Origin: a virus
IMG/VR virus record: IMGVR_UViG_3300045988_036009
Direction: 5' to 3' (one strand)
DNA: 58,752 bases
In this document: in pieces, positions 38,910 to 48,042 of the stretch
Layout of the letters: each line of letters opens with the position of its first letter
Numbering within the stretch: position 1 is the first letter of the stretch
Notes under the pieces: model-generated
Database searches by the model: none
Told to the model about the DNA's origin: nothing
Seen by the model: the letters and a program-made list of their open reading frames with translations, nothing else
Position numbers and translations under genes: made by a program

Positions 38910-41522
38910 CTATGATAGATCCTGTACAGTAGACACACTGATACCTAGTGCATCAGCTACTTCTGCATAGGTGTGACCGTTCTTAAGCATGGTCTTAGCA
39001 CGACTAGCAGTAGATAGGCTAATAGACTTCTCTGTACGTGGTGTAGCTAGCTGCTTAACACGATCACTATCAGCGAATCGTAGTACATCAGTTAGCATCT
39101 TACTAGAGACAGCCCCAGATTGAATAGCTTTCCACTCATCATCGTCAATAGAGATGCGTGTAGACTTACCATCAGCACCAGTCTTAACACGGGCTGCTGC
39201 AATAGCCTGTTGTTTAAGCTTCTTGAGCTGGTCTTTGCTCATGTCAGGAGTACGTTTTTCAGCAATAGTCTTGTTAGCCATGAGCTGAGCTTGACGTTCT
39301 CTAGGAGAGTTGTACAAAGCGTCGTTAAGCTTCTTCTGTAGAGACTCAACTTGTGTCTTGTACTTGACTTTAGCATCCTTAGACATGGTCATGTTAGGCG
39401 TCTTGCTAATGATAGACTCACCTTTTGTACGCATCTTACCAAGAGCATTAATGTAATTACCATACATGTTCTCAATAGCTGTACCAGAACCTAGTTTCTT
39501 AGCATCATCTACCATATCAACAATAGGTGTAAATGAAATGGTTTTAGTTTTCTTGATCTTAGGAGCTAATCTAGGATTAGCAGCTAGTTCTTCAGCAGTT
39601 CTTTCCTTATACCAATGCTCGGTCTCACGATAGTCGGTCTTCGATCTAGAAATAAGAGTTGATGCTCCGCTGGATATCTTTCCTGTTACAACATCATAGT
39701 GTTCTTGATATTTCTTTTTAAGCTGGTCTATATTATTCTCTCTTTCAGAACGTTTATAATCCAAGCTATGTTTTTCAGCATCAATAACAACCATTGAATG
39801 TTTAACAGCTCTAGCAATTTCAGATTGAGATGCGCCTTTAAGAGTCATATCAGTAATAAGATTCGATACAACTCCCATTTGTTTTTGCGTATCAATCTTC
39901 GGTGGCTTAGGAGTATAATAACTTTTCGAATCGAAGTTCTTTAATTCTTTTAAAGAACGACTAGTTTTAATTCCATTATTGTTGTTAGGAATAACCATAA
40001 CTGAGTCACCATCGAAATCAGCACCAGATAATTTAGATGCTACAGATGAATCAATACCGATTGCATCCTTTGCACCCTTCATAAATTTAGCCGGGCCTTT
40101 ATCAAGTTTATTATTAACAGTTAATTCTGGTAACTCGAAAATACCACCATGAGGATAACGAACAAGTACAACCTTTTCTCCATTCTTAAAGTTAGGAGCA
40201 TATACTTCATTAGCTTTAATACCAGATAAAGGTAATAATACTTGTCCTTTCATTCTGTCAAACCCAACCATTTTAAGATGTTGTCGTTTAACAGTGAGGC
40301 CATCAACAAAATCCTGCATCATAACTTTCTTGACTACTGGATTTGTTAAGGCATTGATCTCTTCAAACTCTTTCTTTAATTTATCGTATGTCTTTTCGAT
40401 ACGACCTTTAACCAAAGCTGGTGGTTGTTTAGATAAGAATTGTGAAGATAATGTTTTCGACCAAGAATTCCAATCGCCTTCCTCATTAACTTTATTAATA
40501 GCTCCAGCTTGTTTCTTGATCGTTGCACCAAATGGATTATCCGGATCATCTTTTAAAGGTTTGAGAACTTTTTCTTTAGGAGTTCCTTGTTTCTTGTTGG
40601 TGTTGAAAATAACATCGACACCTTTAGGGAAGTCTTTTGGATCTCCATAAATAGCCATACCTTTTAAATAATGAGTTCCGTTTACACCGATACGAACCTG
40701 AGCATATCTGGATTTACCTAAGTCCAAGTCTTTTACTCCTGGACGTAATTCCATTACACCATCTTTATCCGTACCGCCTTGCTCGTCATATCGAATACCT
40801 ACACGTTTCCAATCAATATGTTGAATAGGTTTCAATCCCAGTGAGGATTTACCTTCAGCATCTGTATGAATATGAGGAGGTGTGATTTCATGCTTGTGTT
40901 CCCTAACAACAGCAGGGTCTGCTTCTTTAGTTAACACTTTCATTTCAACCCAGTGATCATCATTTGTAGCATTCTTAACATATACTGTATGCCTGTGATA
41001 TCCTTCGGATTCCAATTGTTGTACAGCACGTTTAAGAGTACTTTCATTCACACCAAGTTGTTGTGCAGAACCTAAACCAACGTCAAGATATGGATTCTTT
41101 TCAATAAGACCTTTAATATCAGTCTTAATTTGTTCCATGCGATTTACATTGTTACGTACTTTCGCATCTAAATTCATACGAACAGTTGATTCAGGAATAC
41201 CCGTTCTACGAGATATCTCAATAGATCCTAAACCTTGATCGGCGAGCTCTTGAATTCGACTAATATTGTATAATCGAATTTCATGCTTAGCAATATTATT
41301 CCGTTTACGGAATTCAGTAGTTGTAATACCGAGCTTCATAGCAATTTGCGTATCAGATAATCCTGATCGCCTGTATTTAACAACTCTGTCGGACCATGAA
41401 GTAGCCCGCTGAAATGAATTCTCGCCAGATCCCCAAGCATATCGTCCACTATGTGGAATACTACCTTGGTGCGGGGTTCCTCTATGTTCGAGCATATCAC
41501 TATATGCTTCTTCCAAGTTCAT
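38910..41522 (-). CDS. Candidate single-subunit two-barrel RNA polymerase (YonO-like) with N- and C-terminal HTH modules
   Basis: 870 aa. aa 499-512 SGADFDGDSVMVIPN (nt 40005..40019 encode DFDGD) resemble the beta-prime loop NADFDGDQMAVH. aa about 455-475 KVVLVRYPHGGIFELPELTV resemble beta-prime LLNRAPTLHRLGIQAFEP. HTH-like segments: LSDTQIAMKLGITTTEFRKR, GSIEISRRTGIPESTVRMNL, LGVNESTLKRAVQQLESEG and C-terminal HTYAEVADALGISVSTVQDLS. Confidence 0.55.
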   Translation of the reverse strand: MNLEEAYSDMLEHRGTPHQGSIPHSGRYAWGSGENSFQRATSWSDRVVKYRRSGLSDTQIAMKLGITTTEFRKRNNIAKHEIRLYNISRIQELADQGLGSIEISRRTGIPESTVRMNLDAKVRNNVNRMEQIKTDIKGLIEKNPYLDVGLGSAQQLGVNESTLKRAVQQLESEGYHRHTVYVKNATNDDHWVEMKVLTKEADPAVVREHKHEITPPHIHTDAEGKSSLGLKPIQHIDWKRVGIRYDEQGGTDKDGVMELRPGVKDLDLGKSRYAQVRIGVNGTHYLKGMAIYGDPKDFPKGVDVIFNTNKKQGTPKEKVLKPLKDDPDNPFGATIKKQAGAINKVNEEGDWNSWSKTLSSQFLSKQPPALVKGRIEKTYDKLKKEFEEINALTNPVVKKVMMQDFVDGLTVKRQHLKMVGFDRMKGQVLLPLSGIKANEVYAPNFKNGEKVVLVRYPHGGIFELPELTVNNKLDKGPAKFMKGAKDAIGIDSSVASKLSGADFDGDSVMVIPNNNNGIKTSRSLKELKNFDSKSYYTPKPPKIDTQKQMGVVSNLITDMTLKGASQSEIARAVKHSMVVIDAEKHSLDYKRSERENNIDQLKKKYQEHYDVVTGKISSGASTLISRSKTDYRETEHWYKERTAEELAANPRLAPKIKKTKTISFTPIVDMVDDAKKLGSGTAIENMYGNYINALGKMRTKGESIISKTPNMTMSKDAKVKYKTQVESLQKKLNDALYNSPRERQAQLMANKTIAEKRTPDMSKDQLKKLKQQAIAAARVKTGADGKSTRISIDDDEWKAIQSGAVSSKMLTDVLRFADSDRVKQLATPRTEKSISLSTASRAKTMLKNGHTYAEVADALGISVSTVQDLS

Positions 41523-41536
41523 GAATATGATCCTTT

Positions 41537-42112
41537 CTATTTAGGTTTACTTTCAAGAATTCCCGAGAACTCTTTAATTGTATGATATACGTCATACACG
41601 TCTTCTGCTTCAGGAATATAAGTCTTGATGTCATTGCCTTGATAAATACGGAGTTCAAAATCCGTCTTCTCAGGCTTGACGCCATACTCCAAACAGAAAT
41701 AAGCAGCATAAACTAATAGCTGCTCCATTTTAGGTTTGGTAACACCTGTCTTCAAATCATGAATCCTAAGAAATCCACGAGGATTATCTTTCTTAGGAGG
41801 ATCATAACGAATAGCATCGGCAGTACCAAATGCATATGGACTGTAAAATAAGAGTACTTCACTATCCATACGATAACCAATGGCATCATTTACAAAATTA
41901 GCAACAGCCGGGTGAGTGTTACCTGGCAATAATTTAATTTTGTGGTGAATTGCTTCACTAGCAAATTCATGCAACTCAGTGCCTCGTTGTTTAGCTTGTT
42001 CGTTTTCGAATCTGGTAATTATCTTATCGGGTGTATAATTTAACCAGTGACACTGACTAGCGCTGAGAAATGAGTGACGACCCTCGTACTCTGGATGTCT
42101 GTTCCATTTCAT
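41537..42112 (-). CDS. PD-(D/E)XK (RecB/Cas4-like, DUF2800-type) nuclease
   Basis: Start set at the ATG at 42112 (MKWNRHPEYEG...) after AAGGAGG. Motifs ...GTELHEFASEAI..., FGTADAIRYD and LRIHDLKTG (D...D.K). Confidence 0.65.
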   Translation of the reverse strand: MKWNRHPEYEGRHSFLSASQCHWLNYTPDKIITRFENEQAKQRGTELHEFASEAIHHKIKLLPGNTHPAVANFVNDAIGYRMDSEVLLFYSPYAFGTADAIRYDPPKKDNPRGFLRIHDLKTGVTKPKMEQLLVYAAYFCLEYGVKPEKTDFELRIYQGNDIKTYIPEAEDVYDVYHTIKEFSGILESKPK

Positions 42113-42383
42113 TGAGTACTTCCTCCTTGTTCTCTGGATAAATGGTTCGGGCCCATCCACCATTTGTATTATAGTGATTTAAATAATACTCTTGGTTTGG
42201 TCGATATGGGGCCTTAGCCGATTTCTTAACTTCCAAATGATAGGAATATGGACCAACATCAACAGATAAATCAGGAATACCTTGAATATAGTTAGGATCG
42301 TTCTTCTTAACAATAGCTTCAGGGATTCTTGTCTTAATATCTTTAATCAATTGCTTTTGGAAATCTCGTTCCAATTTGGACAT
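42057..42383 (-). CDS. VRR-NUC domain nuclease
   Basis: Start set at the ATG at 42383 (MSKLERDFQKQLIKDIK...) after GGTGGAG. ...IQGIPDLSVDVGPYSYHLEVKKS...RPNQEYYL fits the VRR-NUC pattern (E.FQ, G.PDL, E.K, Q). Confidence 0.7.
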   Translation of the reverse strand: MSKLERDFQKQLIKDIKTRIPEAIVKKNDPNYIQGIPDLSVDVGPYSYHLEVKKSAKAPYRPNQEYYLNHYNTNGGWARTIYPENKEEVLNEMEQTSRVRGSSLISQR

Positions 42384-43519
42384 ATGTTCTCCACCCAATT
42401 CCTTTCATTAAATTTCTTTTTGCTTCGAATGGAGCGTTCGATAGCATCATCAATAGAAGCCGGGGATTTCAAGTAAACGTAGTACAAATCTTTAAAGGAG
42501 GTATTCACTCGATTAATTCGTCCTTCCGATTGCTCCATTATTCGGTAAGAATAGTTAAGCGAGTAGAATAAAATCGTATCAGTAGTAATGCAGTTCCATC
42601 CCTCGGCTCCGGCCGTATATTGCACAAGATATACCCAGGTTTCAGCGTCTGGGATAGCTTCATGCTTTTGACCATTCCATTGATAATATGCCCTATCTAA
42701 TTCTTGACAAATCTCTTTGAGAATATCAAGCTCGTAGGTGTAGTTATAAAAGACAATAACTCTATCTCGAGTCATGATCTCTTGTTTCGCATGAATTCTA
42801 CGGCGCTCACTTGTATTTACAATACGACGAAGCACTTGCGTGAATTCTGATGCGTTCATAATAGGTTCTTCAGTATATGGATTAAACCTACTCTTAACAA
42901 CAGACTGATATAGTTCTTTGTCAAAGTCGGTATTAATATACTTACGATGCAAATTGGTTGTCCTAAAATCTTGCATAGGAACAGCCAAATAACGTCGGAA
43001 CCTTTCTAGTTTATCGGTCTTGTGATATCGTCTGATCTGAGGAAACTTAGAATATGGATTGTACTCCACATGTTGATCCACAAAATCAGTTTTGTTTCGA
43101 TAGAAATTATTGGCTATGAAAATACACATCCAATCCATCCAAACATCACCAGGTGTGGCGGTTAACATAATCCAATTGTTCTTACGAGCAATATGTATAA
43201 ATGCTAAACCCCATTTACCATAACCGATTGCGCGTTGTTCGTCAAATATAAAGAATGCGTCTTTCACATCAGTATACTTTTCGATATTGTTCCAGGAATC
43301 AACAACGCCATCAATTCCTAAGGCTTCAAAATCTCTATGCCATTCTCGGTCATTCCTTTTCTTGGCGACCGTGATGATATAGAGAGGTTTATCTATATGG
43401 TTCTCCATATAATAAAATAGGCCGGTCAAGGATTTCCCTGAGCCGACCTTTCCGCACAATACAGAACCGTTATGAAGTCTATCAACCGCCTTTCGTTGAT
43501 AGTCATATAACTCAATCAT
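42347..43519 (-). CDS. SF2 (SNF2/DEAD-like) helicase
   Basis: 390 aa. YDYQRKAVDRL, motif I CGKVGSGKSLTG, motif II FIFDEQR, motif III MLTATPG, C-terminal ...QYTAGAEGWN...EQSEGRINR. Confidence 0.8.
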   Translation of the reverse strand: MIELYDYQRKAVDRLHNGSVLCGKVGSGKSLTGLFYYMENHIDKPLYIITVAKKRNDREWHRDFEALGIDGVVDSWNNIEKYTDVKDAFFIFDEQRAIGYGKWGLAFIHIARKNNWIMLTATPGDVWMDWMCIFIANNFYRNKTDFVDQHVEYNPYSKFPQIRRYHKTDKLERFRRYLAVPMQDFRTTNLHRKYINTDFDKELYQSVVKSRFNPYTEEPIMNASEFTQVLRRIVNTSERRRIHAKQEIMTRDRVIVFYNYTYELDILKEICQELDRAYYQWNGQKHEAIPDAETWVYLVQYTAGAEGWNCITTDTILFYSLNYSYRIMEQSEGRINRVNTSFKDLYYVYLKSPASIDDAIERSIRSKKKFNERNWVENICPNWNEISKSN

Positions 43520-44064
43520 TAATAACCATACTTACGTTCAAGTGGATTTGGAGCTACGTGAATATACGCATTCTTCAAATCAAGACGAGCGTAAGTCCCT
43601 TCATCACTTGGTTCGCGACGACGGATAGTCATATCAACGCATGACATTTCCATTTCATCAATCAATTGGAATTGATCTTCTGTCAAGAACTGACGATCTT
43701 GCGAACATACTGGATCATCAACATCACATACTTCGCCATCATTATCATAAATGAGTGCAATTGATGGAATTGAGAATTTAGTATACACTTTCACCTTGAA
43801 GTAGTAAAATGGTTGATACATGTCAGGGTTTTCAGCCATCTTTTTAGCCATCTCGTCATCTCGTGGTTTAGGCTCCCACAATTTAACGTTAACCCCATAC
43901 TGTTCGGCGAGGATTTGAGCGTCTTCTTCAGACACGACAACGTTAAAATAACGGTCTCCTGTACGATTGTATCGTTCTTCACGTCCTGCGAAGTTTGGTT
44001 TAAAGGCAAACTCAACATCTTCGAGGATAAGTTGATGGTTAGAAGCTTGTAATAATTTTGTCAT
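43519..44064 (-). CDS. Possible ssDNA-binding protein (DUF2815 / T7 gp2.5-like) by module context
   Basis: Start set at the ATG at 44064 (MTKLLQASNHQLILEDVEFAFKPNF...) after AAAGGGA. Sits in the DUF2800/VRR-NUC/SNF2/polymerase module where such SSBs usually occur. The motif match itself is weak. Confidence 0.4.
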   Translation of the reverse strand: MTKLLQASNHQLILEDVEFAFKPNFAGREERYNRTGDRYFNVVVSEEDAQILAEQYGVNVKLWEPKPRDDEMAKKMAENPDMYQPFYYFKVKVYTKFSIPSIALIYDNDGEVCDVDDPVCSQDRQFLTEDQFQLIDEMEMSCVDMTIRRREPSDEGTYARLDLKNAYIHVAPNPLERKYGY

Positions 44065-44155
44065 GATAATGTCCCTTTCTATTTTGACGTGATTGACAAA
44101 TTGCAACAAAAAATAAAAGAAGCGCGAAAATCGTTGAATTTTCTTGTTCCTTTCT

Positions 44156-44182
44156 ATTATGTGCCATGTAATTTCTGCGAAG
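44156..44182 (-). promoter_or_regulatory. Conserved promoter cassette, copy P7 (upstream block intact, leader diverged)
   Basis: Minus strand reads CTTCGCAGAAATTACA-TGGCA-CATAAT, followed by a 91-nt leader containing a T-rich tract before ATG(44064). Confidence 0.55.
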
Positions 44183-44214
44183 TTTTTTCAAACCCCGAGC
44201 GACTGCCCAAAAAG

Positions 44215-47200
44215 TTAGGCCGCCAATTCTTGAGGTTGTTCTTCGTTTAGTCCAAGTGGTTCGATATAATCTTTAGGTATTTCGTCGACAATCGCGTTGA
44301 TGTCTCCAACCTTCATGATTTTCTTCAAACCAGCGATAGCAATTTTATCATAGTAGTCGAAATCGATATCTTCATAATCAAATTCCGACGTTTGTTTGAA
44401 TTTGAATCCTTTTGTTCCAGTGACAGATTTGAAATTCTCATTATCTTCTGTCCATAGACACTCAGCTCCTGTCTTAGAAGCATAAATAGATCCAACCTTA
44501 CCTACGAATTCGTCTCCAAGATAAATATGACCTTTGGATTGCTTAGTAATGAAGAAATCTTGATCAGTCAATTCTTCTTTTGTCCAAACCCGTTTGAGTA
44601 AATATGGATTAGCGAACTCTGCTCCCGTCGGAGACCAACTGTCATCTTCCAATTGAGCAATATAAACAGCATTATTAATTAACGCCATACGTTTATATGT
44701 ATGCTCATGTTCGAATTTATAGTTGTATTCTGGACGCTTACCGAAATCTTCAATAAGTTTAACAACTTTCGCATCGCCATTTGGAACTTTAACTGAGTCA
44801 GTCTTAATATGACAAACTTGGTAACCTTGTTCTTCCAAATAGAATTTGAGGTCGACCATAAATAAAGCTCCACGTTTAGCAACAATATTGTCGATGTTGT
44901 CTTTATGCTTGAATTTATTATCAAATGATGCTGATGTCATTCCATAAACAGAGTTGATAGCAATCTTCAAAGCAGACACCAATGGTTTGCGGTATTCTGG
45001 GTTATCCACGAATGGCGCCAATTTACCTTCAAACATAGTTTTGACTTCGTCAATCTTATTATGTTTGAGTAATACGCGAACTTTAAGCAAGTCAGCATAT
45101 CGTTGAGTATATGGTCCGAAATAATTCATATTGATTAAACTATTCGGATGCATTGACTCAACGTCTTCAAGAACAATGTCTTTATACACACCCGGCTCCG
45201 CATATACAAATCCACCTTCACCAGTTTCAATCCCACGATATGTTGATTTACCGAATTTGTATTCGTATCCTGGGAATGTCTCGCTCAAGTCTACGTAATT
45301 GAATTTGTCTTGTGGACGAGGATCTTGTCCAAAGATAAATAAAGCTGTAAGCTGATTGTTGGTTGCGTTCATGGATCCTTCGGAAATAGTCGCCAGGATT
45401 TCACGAGCAACATAGTCAGCATATGTAGCATCAAATACTTTCTCAGTAGCCATTACGTCGTTGACACAGTATTCAACAACAGTGTCTACCAATTCGTCAG
45501 GTACTGGTTGATCCCAAGGGATTTCCATTTCGACGTGGTTAATTCCCAAATCGACTTCCCAACGCTTAAGCGACTGTTTCTTCTGTGCGTACTCATAAAT
45601 ATCAGCATAGCTCAATTCATAAGCTGCAGCATACATACCAGTCTTCGCATTCTTCTCGTTGATAATTCTTTGGGACTGTCGGAATAACTCCATGTTTGTC
45701 CCTCCGAGCAAACGAGCGTAGAGAATATGGTTATCGTATCGACGGTTGTTGAAACCGACTAATGGAAACGAACACAAATATTCAATTTGGTCTGCTGATG
45801 GATTTACCCAACGAACGAATTCGTCTTCACCATACTTCTTCCAGACAACGACAAATAGATTTGGATAGACCTCAATATCGAAGAATACGATTTCTTCTTT
45901 GGCAACAATCTTAGTTCCTGTTGTCAATTCGGTCTCAGTCTTTCCATCGTCATCGCGCATCGAAGACCAAGGGATCTTCATAAATACGTCCAAGCAATAA
46001 TCTTTGTTGTTCGTTGATTGTAACGCTCGAAGAAATACCGAATGCTTAAGATCGGACAAATCGTATTTCAATCCCATGTCATATGCTTTATGAATTTCAT
46101 GAGAAATCCAATCGATTGTTGGTTTAGTATTCGCATGACTCGGTTTCTCTCCTGGAATAAGTCCCAGTTGTTTCTTAACAAATTTACGGAGAGTCTTCTC
46201 GGTATAGGTAATATCTTTTACGTTTTCATACATCGTTGTCTCCTTCTTCTCTTTCATCGGCAGTCCCGACGAAATATGAGATACTTCAAGATTGTTCGAT
46301 GCATTATCAATCCGTCGCAAAGACGCCTTTCCCTTATAAACTTTAATTTCGACATTGTCTTCAACGACGTTGTCTAATAAATTCACATCACCATCATATA
46401 AATAATGCAGGTGAATACCTTTGCCGGATTTAGATACTTCAGCATATGTCGGGGGATACTTCGACGCAGCCTCTTTATTTAATTCCAGACTTTTCTCTCC
46501 GTTCTCATCCTTGATATCAAAGTCGAGAATAATATGTTGTAGTGGGACTTTAACCCAGTGTAATTTACGAGTATCAATTTCTTTTAGTGTTGTAATAACA
46601 TCATCCCATTTCTGAGATGGGTTTCCATTCTCCAAAGATGGTTGGGCAGGATAATCGGCAGCCAATTTATCGAACACCTCATTGTGATAACATAAATCAA
46701 GCCAATCCTTAACTTCGTCTTCAGGGATATCCATACCGACTACACCTTCAGGAAATGCTACAGACCATCTAAATCCTTTGAAATAATTACGAACACGAAC
46801 GCCATCGACTCGTTCCACGTTAACCATCGTATCGAAATATCGTAGGGCTTCGCGTTTGATCGTGGCTTTATATCCGTCTGTCTTCCATCCCATATCTTCC
46901 AAATAGTTTTTATACAATTCAGAAAGTTGTTTTAAACTAATACCATCTTTCATTTGCATTGCTTCACTTCGAATGAAATCAAAGATATGGTCAGTCTGCT
47001 CAGCCATACTAACATCGAAATAATCATCAAAGAAATCGGGTCCTAGTTCTTCGAATCTCTTAATGGCCATGTCAGCAATATAAGGCAACTCGTATTTGAT
47101 TTGGTTCATCAAAGAATCATATTCCCTATGAGTAACTTTTTCACCGCTTGGATTTACTACAACAGCACGTCGAGTAATACCAGAGTCGACGTTTCGGACT

Positions 47201-48042
47201 TTATATCGTTGGTTTGATGCAGTAATAAGTAAACCGCTAAATGTAACATCATACGGTTCTTTGTACTTTTGGTTGACAGAAATGGTTTCGTGACTTGTCA
47301 GTTTCAATAACGGAGTATCGTTATAAATATGACTGATGTCAGTATCCTCATCGATCAACAATGGAACTTCTTTAATTTGTCCGGTCGCGAATGGATCGCC
47401 ACTCGTTAACAATTTTAAATCGACAGTTCCACAATATTTCTCAAACAACCATCTGAATATCTTAAGTACAGTTCCTTTACCACTACCTTTCGATCCGTAC
47501 AAATACATGAACTTCTCGATCTTGTACATCTTGTTGGTAAATAAAGCTCCCATGAACCAAAGAATTTTGTCAAGTTCTGGTGGAGCATATAGAGTACCGA
47601 TCAATTTCTTAAAAGCTTCAGGTTCTCCCTTGGTTGGTGAATATGACAACTGAGTTGTAGCATAATCCTGTCGCTTCATTTGGTGATCCGCGAATAGTAC
47701 TTTCTGGTTGAATGGAATATCGTTTTGTTCGGTGGCTTTACAATAGTCTAGAAATAATCGGAACTTGCCACCAGAAGCTTTCCGAATTTCTTTCACTTCA
47801 ATCCGAACCCCTGGGCCCTCTTCTTGAAGCTCTTTCGCTTTATTCCACAACTGACTATCAATATCATAGAATAAATTTCGTTGTAATGTGTCCCATCTAT
47901 GTCCATTCCAATATGCATAGAACTTACCACCCTTTACAACTAAATCCTTGGCATCCCCAAAGATAAAGTCGGGCGCCACCTCATAATCACATGATCTGTT
48001 ATTAGAATGGAACTTTTTGACGGAAACGTCCAAAAAATCCAT
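44215..48042 (-). CDS. Fusion protein: SF3 (D5/VirE-like) helicase + AEP-type primase + family B DNA polymerase with 3'-5' exonuclease
   Basis: 1275 aa, AGGAGG RBS.
- Helicase: Walker A LYGSKGSGKGT (aa 181-191), Walker B PLLIDED (227-233), motif C ITASN.
- AEP primase: ILDFDIKD (505-512) and SKSGKGIHLHYLY (537-549).
- Exonuclease: Exo I FFDIEVYPN (720-728), Exo II GFNNRRYDNHIL, Exo III YCVNDVMATEKVF.
- Polymerase: motif A EDVESMHPNS, motif B KIAINSVYGM, motif C HIKTDSV. Confidence 0.85.
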   Translation of the reverse strand: MDFLDVSVKKFHSNNRSCDYEVAPDFIFGDAKDLVVKGGKFYAYWNGHRWDTLQRNLFYDIDSQLWNKAKELQEEGPGVRIEVKEIRKASGGKFRLFLDYCKATEQNDIPFNQKVLFADHQMKRQDYATTQLSYSPTKGEPEAFKKLIGTLYAPPELDKILWFMGALFTNKMYKIEKFMYLYGSKGSGKGTVLKIFRWLFEKYCGTVDLKLLTSGDPFATGQIKEVPLLIDEDTDISHIYNDTPLLKLTSHETISVNQKYKEPYDVTFSGLLITASNQRYKVRNVDSGITRRAVVVNPSGEKVTHREYDSLMNQIKYELPYIADMAIKRFEELGPDFFDDYFDVSMAEQTDHIFDFIRSEAMQMKDGISLKQLSELYKNYLEDMGWKTDGYKATIKREALRYFDTMVNVERVDGVRVRNYFKGFRWSVAFPEGVVGMDIPEDEVKDWLDLCYHNEVFDKLAADYPAQPSLENGNPSQKWDDVITTLKEIDTRKLHWVKVPLQHIILDFDIKDENGEKSLELNKEAASKYPPTYAEVSKSGKGIHLHYLYDGDVNLLDNVVEDNVEIKVYKGKASLRRIDNASNNLEVSHISSGLPMKEKKETTMYENVKDITYTEKTLRKFVKKQLGLIPGEKPSHANTKPTIDWISHEIHKAYDMGLKYDLSDLKHSVFLRALQSTNNKDYCLDVFMKIPWSSMRDDDGKTETELTTGTKIVAKEEIVFFDIEVYPNLFVVVWKKYGEDEFVRWVNPSADQIEYLCSFPLVGFNNRRYDNHILYARLLGGTNMELFRQSQRIINEKNAKTGMYAAAYELSYADIYEYAQKKQSLKRWEVDLGINHVEMEIPWDQPVPDELVDTVVEYCVNDVMATEKVFDATYADYVAREILATISEGSMNATNNQLTALFIFGQDPRPQDKFNYVDLSETFPGYEYKFGKSTYRGIETGEGGFVYAEPGVYKDIVLEDVESMHPNSLINMNYFGPYTQRYADLLKVRVLLKHNKIDEVKTMFEGKLAPFVDNPEYRKPLVSALKIAINSVYGMTSASFDNKFKHKDNIDNIVAKRGALFMVDLKFYLEEQGYQVCHIKTDSVKVPNGDAKVVKLIEDFGKRPEYNYKFEHEHTYKRMALINNAVYIAQLEDDSWSPTGAEFANPYLLKRVWTKEELTDQDFFITKQSKGHIYLGDEFVGKVGSIYASKTGAECLWTEDNENFKSVTGTKGFKFKQTSEFDYEDIDFDYYDKIAIAGLKKIMKVGDINAIVDEIPKDYIEPLGLNEEQPQELAA

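Noticed and set aside
44106-44146. Calling a rho-independent terminator in the P7 leader
   Set aside because: The hairpin is only 6 AU-rich base pairs and is separated from the T-tract by 7 nt. That is too weak to annotate as a feature, so it is mentioned only as a possible attenuator.
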